Positions 57,530 to 64,000 of a DNA stretch of 64,000 nt are shown piece after piece. The DNA comes from an uncultured delta proteobacterium (GTDB lineage: Bacteria > Desulfobacterota > Binatia > Binatales > Binataceae), in contig CAVXXK010000004.1 in the NCBI GenBank assembly GCA_963765675.1, positions 192,001-256,000 on the forward strand, given 5' to 3'. The stretch's first letter is position 1. Each line of letters begins with the position of its first letter. The notes under the pieces are model-generated. The model was not told where the DNA came from, did no database searches, and saw nothing but the letters and a program-made list of their open reading frames with translations. Position numbers and translations under genes: made by a program.

Positions 57530-58027
57530 TTACTCCCGCGCTTCGTGGCGCGAAATCACGATCGCGCCGATCAAAGCGGCTAACAGCACCAGCGACGCGA
57601 CCTCGAACGGCAGCACGTACTCTCCCAAAAACGCGTTGCCGATCCCGTAGGTCGTGGGCGCGGTGATGTGGACGGCGGCCTGATGCCAGGTGGTGTGCGC
57701 GATCGCATAGAGCATCACGGCGCCGGCGATCACCGTGGTCACCAGCGCGGGGACGGTGCCGACCGTGCGATTCGAGATCGTCACGTCGGCGATGCCCTGC
57801 GTGAGCATCACCGCGAAAATCGTCAGCACCAGAATTCCGCCGACATAAACGAGGAGCTGCACCATCGCGACAAAATCCGCCGCGAGCAGGATGTAAATTC
57901 CGACCACGCCCATGAATGCGCCGAGCAGCGCGAAGGTCGAGTAGACGATATTGTGCGAAAACGCGACGATCGCGGCGGAGCCCACCGTCAGCGCGGCAAG
58001 TACGTAGAAGATTACGGTCTCGAGCAT
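57530..58027 (-). CDS. nuoJ: NADH-quinone oxidoreductase subunit J
   Basis: QLLVYVGGILVL, YVLPFEVASLVLL. Confidence 0.95.
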   Translation of the reverse strand: MLETVIFYVLAALTVGSAAIVAFSHNIVYSTFALLGAFMGVVGIYILLAADFVAMVQLLVYVGGILVLTIFAVMLTQGIADVTISNRTVGTVPALVTTVIAGAVMLYAIAHTTWHQAAVHITAPTTYGIGNAFLGEYVLPFEVASLVLLAALIGAIVISRHEARE

Positions 58028-58072
58028 GGGCGCCCCTCGCTCCTTGGCGGCGCGGACGTGAGCATCCGCGGG

Positions 58073-58648
58073 CTAGGACTCCTCGGTCTCAGTCTCCTCT
58101 GCGGGCTTGGCACCGCCCGGCTGCGCCCATTCGTCGAGATAATGCATCCCGCGGCTCAGAATCGGCGCGAGACGCGGATCGGTCTCGGGACCCTTCTTGG
58201 CCTTGTAGGCGTGAATCGGCTCCTTGATGAAGCGGCGCATGAGGCTCTCGAGCGAGAAATCCGCGCCCTCGAATTCGGTCGTGTGATGAATCGATCCGGT
58301 CGGGCACGGCTCGCTGCACAGTCCGCAGAACATGCACTTGGCGATATCGATATCGAACTGCGAGATGATCATGCCGCGGGTGGCGGGATCTTTCTCGACC
58401 GCGATTACGATACAATCGATCGGGCAGGCGCGCTCGCACGCGAGGCATCCGGTGCAGATTTCGAGATCGACTTCCAGGATTCCGCGATAGCGGAACGGCA
58501 GCGTGTCCTGCACGCGGATATCGGTGCGATCCGGATACTGCACGGTGTACGGCTTGCGCACGAAATGCGAGGCCGTGACCGCCATCCCTTCGAAGATCGT
58601 GGTGACGGCGTCTTTTATATTGTCAACGTAGGAGCCAAACGCACCCAT
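58073..58648 (-). CDS. nuoI: NADH-quinone oxidoreductase subunit I
   Basis: TVQYP; CTGCLACERACP and CMFCGLCSEPCP 4Fe-4S motifs. Confidence 0.95.
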   Translation of the reverse strand: MGAFGSYVDNIKDAVTTIFEGMAVTASHFVRKPYTVQYPDRTDIRVQDTLPFRYRGILEVDLEICTGCLACERACPIDCIVIAVEKDPATRGMIISQFDIDIAKCMFCGLCSEPCPTGSIHHTTEFEGADFSLESLMRRFIKEPIHAYKAKKGPETDPRLAPILSRGMHYLDEWAQPGGAKPAEETETEES

Positions 58649-58686
58649 GGTTTTTTCTCAGTCGATCTGAAACTCGAATTCCGGCG

Positions 58687-59877
58687 CTAAATCGTCGGAT
58701 TATAATACAACTGCATCCGCGAACGTTTTGCGTAGTACACGACCCGCTGGATGAACAAGATCGCGACCACAATTCCGGCGGCGAGCATGATATAGCCCGC
58801 CCACGAATTGCCCTCGGGCCAGACCGCGACCCAGATCGCGGTGCCGATCATGTCAACGAACGCGATCGGCACGAAATATTTCCAGCACAGCGTCATGAGC
58901 TGATCGATCCGCACACGCGGCAAGGTTCCGCGCACCCACATCGATACGAACACCAGGAACAGCACTTTGACATTGAACGTGATGAGTTGCAGGACGTTCA
59001 TTACGACGACGTTCTTCGTGATGTGCGGGAATTGCCATCCGCCGAGGAACAGCGTCGTGATGATCGCGCCGATGATGAACAGGTTGCCCCACTCCGCCAT
59101 GAAGAAAAACAGGTAGCGCATCCCGCTGTACTCGGTCGCGAAGCCGGCGACGAGCTCTGACTCGGCCTCGGGCAGATCGAACGGAGTGCGGTTGCCCTCG
59201 GCCAGCGCGGAGATGAACAGGATATTGGCCGCGACAAACGTGAACGGATTCGCGAACAGGAACCAATGCATCGGCGCCCAGCCCTGCGCCTGGATTATCC
59301 CCTGCATTGAGAGCGTGCCGGTCATCAGCACGATCGGAAAGATCGAGAGGCCGGCGGGAATCTCATAGCTGACGATCTGCGCGGCCGAGCGGATTCCGCC
59401 GATCAGCGACCATTTGTCGTTCGACGCCCATCCCGCCATCAGCACGCCGACCACGGTCAGAGCGGTGACCGAAGTCATGTACAGGATTCCGACGTTCAGG
59501 TCGGCCAGAATCAGCGACGACGAAAACGGCATCACCGCCCACGGCAACACGAACGCGAGCACGACCAGGTACGGCGCCATCTTGAACAGATGCGGGTCGG
59601 CATCGGTCGGGACGATATCTTCCTTGCACACGTGCTTGACGCCGTCGGCGAGCCACTGCAGGAACCCGTTGGGACCGACGCGATTGGGGCCGACGCGCGA
59701 CTGGATGCGCGCCCATACCCGGCGCTCGACCCAGCTCACAATTCCGGCGAAAGGAAACGCGACGCCCAGAAACACAACGGCGCTCAGCACGAACACCGCG
59801 ATCGCGGCGACGAGATCGTACGGCGGATTCTTGCCGAACGTGCCGGAGGCGATCAGATATTGAACCAGCGTCTTCAT
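58687..59877 (-). CDS. nuoH: NADH-quinone oxidoreductase subunit H
   Basis: ERR...RVGPNRVGP, AQIVSYE, NRTPFDLPEAESELVAG, PRVRIDQ. Confidence 0.95.
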   Translation of the reverse strand: MKTLVQYLIASGTFGKNPPYDLVAAIAVFVLSAVVFLGVAFPFAGIVSWVERRVWARIQSRVGPNRVGPNGFLQWLADGVKHVCKEDIVPTDADPHLFKMAPYLVVLAFVLPWAVMPFSSSLILADLNVGILYMTSVTALTVVGVLMAGWASNDKWSLIGGIRSAAQIVSYEIPAGLSIFPIVLMTGTLSMQGIIQAQGWAPMHWFLFANPFTFVAANILFISALAEGNRTPFDLPEAESELVAGFATEYSGMRYLFFFMAEWGNLFIIGAIITTLFLGGWQFPHITKNVVVMNVLQLITFNVKVLFLVFVSMWVRGTLPRVRIDQLMTLCWKYFVPIAFVDMIGTAIWVAVWPEGNSWAGYIMLAAGIVVAILFIQRVVYYAKRSRMQLYYNPTI

Positions 59878-59880
59878 GGT

Positions 59881-60999
59881 CTAGCGATCGATCTCTGGCG
59901 CGATAACGTCGAGGCTCGCGATCAGCGTCACCAAGTCAGCTATCATCAGGCCGCGGCTCAGCTTCTGCGTGATACCCATCGCGGCGAACGATCCAGTGCG
60001 CACGTGCACGCGCCACGGATAAGCAGTGCCGTCGCTGACGACGTACCATCCCATGTCGCCGCGCGCGGACTCGACGCGAATCTGGCACTCGCCCGCGGGA
60101 GGTTTGAAATTGCGCGGCACTTTGGCCAGCACAGAACCGGCGGGCAACTGCTTCAGCGCCTGACGCAGGATCTTCGAGGACTCGGCCATCTCGCGAATCC
60201 GCACCATGTAGCGATCCATCGCGTCGCCGAGCTTGCCCCACTGCCCGCTGCCGACGGGAACGTCGAACTCGAAATCGGGGTAGACCGAATAGGGAATGTC
60301 CTTGCGGACATCGAATTTGAAACCGCACGCGCGCAGATTCGGGCCGACCAGGTTGTAGTTGATCGCCTCTTCGAGCGTGATCACGCCGACGTTGGCGAGC
60401 CGCTCGATATAAATCTTGTTGTACGAGATGAGGGCGTTATATTCCTCGAGGATCGGATCGAAGTGGTCGAGGTAGGCGAGCGCCTTCTCGCGCCATCCGG
60501 GCGGCAGATCGAACGCGACGCCGCCAATTCGCATGTAGTTGAAAGTCAGGCGCGCGCCGCATAGCTCTTCGATCAGATCGTTGATCATTTCTCGCTCGCG
60601 AATCGCGTGCGTGAACGGCGTCATCGCCCCAATATCCATCGCCATCGTTCCAACCGAGAGCAGATGCGAGGCGAGGCGGTTGAACTCGGCGGCGATTACG
60701 CGGCAATACTCGCCGCGCTTGGGAACCTCGATATTGGCGAGCCGCTCGCAGGCCATGCCCCAGCCCTGATTGGTGAACATCGCGCAGACGTAATCGACGC
60801 GATCGGTGTAGGGCATGAAGCCGTGGTAGCCGACCTTCTCCGCGATCTTCTCGATCGAGCGATGCAGGTAGCCGACGTCGGGCACCGCCTCTCGCATTAC
60901 CTCGCCGTCAGCGCGCACTACGAATCGCAGAACCCCGTGGGTCGAAGGATGCTGCGGGCCCATGTTGAGGGTCATTTCTTCTGTGCGCAGGGTGCTCAT
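59881..60999 (-). CDS. nuoD: NADH-quinone oxidoreductase subunit D
   Basis: Start MSTLRTEE; [33 protein letters not shown]-terminus. Confidence 0.95.
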   Translation of the reverse strand: MSTLRTEEMTLNMGPQHPSTHGVLRFVVRADGEVMREAVPDVGYLHRSIEKIAEKVGYHGFMPYTDRVDYVCAMFTNQGWGMACERLANIEVPKRGEYCRVIAAEFNRLASHLLSVGTMAMDIGAMTPFTHAIREREMINDLIEELCGARLTFNYMRIGGVAFDLPPGWREKALAYLDHFDPILEEYNALISYNKIYIERLANVGVITLEEAINYNLVGPNLRACGFKFDVRKDIPYSVYPDFEFDVPVGSGQWGKLGDAMDRYMVRIREMAESSKILRQALKQLPAGSVLAKVPRNFKPPAGECQIRVESARGDMGWYVVSDGTAYPWRVHVRTGSFAAMGITQKLSRGLMIADLVTLIASLDVIAPEIDR

Positions 61000-61505
61000 T
61001 TGGCCTTCGGGTCGAGCCGGATAATCGGGCTTTCGCGGACGGTTGAGATGCCGTGGTATTCGAGCGGCTCGACGAAATCCTTGCGCAACGGAAAGCCTTC
61101 CCAATCCTCGGGCAGCAGGATGCGGCGCATATCGCTATGGCCCTCGAAGGTGACGCCGAGCAGATCGAAAATCTCGCGCTCCATCCAGTTGGCCGAGGCC
61201 CACAAATTCTCGAGCGTGTGGACGACAGGATTTTCGCGCGGCAACTTTACCTTCAGCACGGCGCCATGGCGATGCTTGTAGGAAAAGAAGTGATAGACCA
61301 CCTCGATGCGATCTTTGTAATCGACGCCGCTCTGATTGGAGAGGCAATCCATCGCAAGCGCCGGATCGTCGCGCAGGAAACTGCCGACCTCGACGATCGC
61401 GGAGGGATCGACGACGCAGAATGAATCCAGCTTCTGCGTAACGGTTTCCAGAATCTTGTTGCCGAACTGATCCGTCAACCGCTGATATATCGCGAGCGCT
61501 TCCAT
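60996..61505 (-). CDS. nuoC: NADH-quinone oxidoreductase subunit C
   Basis: [36 protein letters not shown]. Confidence 0.95.
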   Translation of the reverse strand: MEALAIYQRLTDQFGNKILETVTQKLDSFCVVDPSAIVEVGSFLRDDPALAMDCLSNQSGVDYKDRIEVVYHFFSYKHRHGAVLKVKLPRENPVVHTLENLWASANWMEREIFDLLGVTFEGHSDMRRILLPEDWEGFPLRKDFVEPLEYHGISTVRESPIIRLDPKAK

Positions 61506-61507
61506 CC

Positions 61508-62026
61508 TCAGGCCGCAGTCACATCCTCATGATTGGCGCTCTTGGCGCCGCCGCGCGACAGCCAGCGTTCGGTCATGATCTTCTCTTGCAGCTTGAGCAG
61601 GCCTTCGGTCAGCGCCTCGGGCCGCGGCGGACATCCGGGGACGTACACGTCGACAGGAAGGATCTTGTCGACGCCGTCGCAGACCGAGTAGGCGAGCTGG
61701 AACAGGCCACCGCAGCTCGCGCACGAGCCCATCGAGATGACGTATTTCGGGTCGGGCATCTGGTCGTAGAGCAGGCGCGTGCGCAGCGCCATCTTGAGCG
61801 TCAGCGTGCCGGCAACGATCATCAGATCGGACTGGCGGGCGGAGGCGCGCGGCGTGGCGCCAAAACGCTCGATATCGGCGCGCGGGCCGCCTGTGTGCAT
61901 CAGCTCGATCGCGCAGCAGGCGAGGCCGAACAGCATGTACCAGATGCTCGATTTGCGCATCCAGTTGAGCAGCTCATCGGTTTTGGTCGTGAGCACGTAG
62001 TCCGGAAGAGTGTTGAGCAACGACAT
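61508..62026 (-). CDS. nuoB: NADH-quinone oxidoreductase subunit B
   Basis: [29 protein letters not shown]. Confidence 0.96.
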   Translation of the reverse strand: MSLLNTLPDYVLTTKTDELLNWMRKSSIWYMLFGLACCAIELMHTGGPRADIERFGATPRASARQSDLMIVAGTLTLKMALRTRLLYDQMPDPKYVISMGSCASCGGLFQLAYSVCDGVDKILPVDVYVPGCPPRPEALTEGLLKLQEKIMTERWLSRGGAKSANHEDVTAA

Positions 62027-62047
62027 AACTAATTATCGTCCCAGTTC

Positions 62048-62434
62048 CTATTCAGGAACCTTCTTGATCCATTCGAGATCGTGTTTGACCCAGACGTAGG
62101 CCAGGCCGACGAACAGGATCAGCAGGAAAATCAGAATCTCGCTGAGCGCCGCGAGCCGCGCGCCATTGCGGACCCAATCGAGATAGACGGTCGCGATCGG
62201 ATAGACGAAGGCGACCTCGACCTCGAAGACGACGAAGATTAGCGCGATCAGGTAGAAACGGACATTGAAGTTAATCCAGGCGCGGCCGGTCGGCGGCTCT
62301 CCGCACTCATAGGGAATTAGCTTGCGCGCATAAGGATTGTTGGGGGCAAGCAGCTTCTGCAGACCGAACATTAGCGCGACAAATCCGATCCCAATCAGGG
62401 TCAGAGCAAGTGGCACGCTGAAGCTCAGATACAT
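62048..62434 (-). CDS. nuoA: NADH-quinone oxidoreductase subunit A
   Basis: PYECGE, FYLIALIFVVFEVE. Confidence 0.95.
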   Translation of the reverse strand: MYLSFSVPLALTLIGIGFVALMFGLQKLLAPNNPYARKLIPYECGEPPTGRAWINFNVRFYLIALIFVVFEVEVAFVYPIATVYLDWVRNGARLAALSEILIFLLILFVGLAYVWVKHDLEWIKKVPE

Positions 62435-62572
62435 GGGTCGATTACCGACTCCTCAATTAGTTGGCGCGGATCGAACTGTCAAGAAGCATCACTTTTCGCA
62501 AGACTCGCGATGCTTAAGCATTTCTTCTTTATAACAGTAGCTCGGGAGCGGCCATCGAGTCCAGAAAGGCTG

Positions 62573-62833
62573 CTATTTGCTCGATTTCATTAGGTTTTCC
62601 AATACTTGCGCATCCAGCCAAGCGCCGTGACCATTGGGACACGCCTGCATCGAGATCGCGTCCTTCTCGTGCTCGACCAGGGGGCTGCTGCACTTGGGGC
62701 ATTTGAGCGCCGCGCTGGCCCGCGCGCGCATTTTCTCAAGCAGCTCCTGGTCGCGTTTGCGCGCCCATTCGGATTCGCGCGCCGCTTCCACATCGTGAAA
62801 CTTGTCGCCCAGCCGGTCTTTCTCGTCGCTCAT
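62573..62833 (-). CDS. Small zf-TFIIB-like zinc-ribbon protein with IF1-like N-terminal helix
   Basis: Start MSDEKDR; CPKC...CPNGHGAWLD; charged helical N-terminus. Confidence 0.72.
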   Translation of the reverse strand: MSDEKDRLGDKFHDVEAARESEWARKRDQELLEKMRARASAALKCPKCSSPLVEHEKDAISMQACPNGHGAWLDAQVLENLMKSSK

Positions 62834-62964
62834 CAGTCTCGAGTCCTCAGTTGGTCGGCCTACTATGAATTCTATCACATCGGGCGCATCGCGAGTGCAC
62901 GATGCGGACCGCGATGCGCATTATCAACGCGGCGCGGGACTGCCGCAATCCCTAATCCGCCAGG

Positions 62965-63300
62965 TCATTCCATTTCTTTGATTAATTTGCCGCTGCGCGC
63001 TTTTTCGACGGTGGCGTCAAATTTCGGCCCGAGGTCGACGCCCATCTGCCGGGCGCGCTTCTTCGCCCACAGCCCGACGTTGCGTGCGTCGCGATAGAAG
63101 CTTTCGTCGCGCGGCTTGGAGGCGTCAAAATTGTCGAGCCGCGACGACTCACTCTCGTGCATCGCGAATGACGACATCACGCGCCGGAGCTTGGTCGAGC
63201 CGCATCCGGGGCAGGCGCGCCGCTCGCGTTTTTTCGGATTCAGCACGACATGCGAGCTAATCCTACCGCATCGCGCGCATTGATATTCAAAAATCGGCAT
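62965..63300 (-). CDS. FmdB family zinc-ribbon protein
   Basis: MPIFEYQCARCG...CPGCGS...RRVMS. Confidence 0.88.
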   Translation of the reverse strand: MPIFEYQCARCGRISSHVVLNPKKRERRACPGCGSTKLRRVMSSFAMHESESSRLDNFDASKPRDESFYRDARNVGLWAKKRARQMGVDLGPKFDATVEKARSGKLIKEME

Positions 63301-63306
63301 CGAGCG

Positions 63307-63522
63307 TTAGCGATCTTTCATGATCAGATCGGCGAGCGGGCTTCCGGCGAGGAATAGCAGGCCGACCGCACCGACGACGACCCCGGTTCCGATCCACCAG
63401 ACCGATCGGTATTCGAGCCCGAGAACGATCATGATGAGCGCCCACAGCGGCAGAATCGCGGCGATACCGAGCCGTATCAGGACGCTAACGGCGCGTTCAG
63501 CTTTTTCGATCTGGTCGGCCAT
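63307..63522 (-). CDS. Small two-TM membrane protein
   Basis: 71 aa with two hydrophobic segments; co-oriented with neighbours. Confidence 0.6.
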   Translation of the reverse strand: MADQIEKAERAVSVLIRLGIAAILPLWALIMIVLGLEYRSVWWIGTGVVVGAVGLLFLAGSPLADLIMKDR

Positions 63523-63559
63523 GATCTCTATCTACCGATTCCCCCAGGAACGGGCAAAC

Positions 63560-64000
63560 TCAGTGCAGAGGCTCGGGTGCGATCGCATACAGTGCGAGAG
63601 GCCCGTCGTGGGCTATTAGGTGGGATTTGACGACGAGCTTCAGCCGGTCGCGATATTGCGGGGCGAGCGCGTTGCGTTCGGTGTCGTTGGCTACCAGGTA
63701 GGATTGGACGCCCGGCGGAGGAGCCTGGCGGTGACGGCCCATCAGGGGAGGCGCGTCGGTTCCGTAGTAGAACGAGAAATCGTAGATCGGATCGTGTACG
63801 ACAAAGATTGGCGCGGCGCCGATTTGCTCGTGGACTATGAACGCGAAGGTCTTTGCGCTGCGCTCCCACGCGAGCGACGGCCTCAAAATGGCGTTTGCGA
63901 GCATCGATCCGGATAGCGTCAGAAGTCCGGCCGCGGCGCCCGCAAGGATCGAATTGCGGCGCACGAGGCCGACGCCAGCCGCGATCGCTCCGGCGATAAC
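63560..64000 (-). CDS. C-terminal part of a membrane protein, possibly ArnT/GT39-like (gene begins outside the window)
   Basis: Last TM helix followed by RSAK..A and FSFYY pattern. Confidence 0.45.
   Translation of the reverse strand, partial: VIAGAIAAGVGLVRRNSILAGAAAGLLTLSGSMLANAILRPSLAWERSAKTFAFIVHEQIGAAPIFVVHDPIYDFSFYYGTDAPPLMGRHRQAPPPGVQSYLVANDTERNALAPQYRDRLKLVVKSHLIAHDGPLALYAIAPEPLH

Overview
GC-rich bacterial chromosomal segment. The gene repertoire (many luciferase-like oxidoreductases, DUF1329, enoyl-CoA hydratases, ferritin-like diiron proteins, mauED) suggests Candidatus Binatia/Binatota or a relative; this is inference only. Layout: catabolic/redox genes (1-12 kb); ROK kinase and ABC exporter; a TetR + SCP2-like + intact/degenerate diiron-protein operon (16.1-19.7 kb); DsbA, GT11, tRNA-Leu(TAG), MgtC; a heavily tailored lasso-peptide gene cluster (24.1-36.3 kb: kinase, B2, B1/RRE, frameshifted cyclase, 52-aa precursor, two 2OG-Fe(II) oxygenases, nucleotidyltransferase, two methyltransferases, a GT-A-like protein, ABC exporter) with a nested MITE/REP patch inside it; an AurF-like protein, GH1, and mauE-mauD-2x cytochrome c without mauA/B; rpsF-priB-rpsR-DUF2232-rplI; and an 11-subunit complex I operon lacking nuoEFG, preceded by a small IF1-like/zinc-ribbon protein. 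Three single-base frameshifts cluster at 34-38 kb and may be assembly errors. The best candidates for undescribed biology are the lasso cluster (predicted Ala1-Asp10 ring, Pro-rich tail, C-terminal Ser) and the alpha/beta-like diiron pair.
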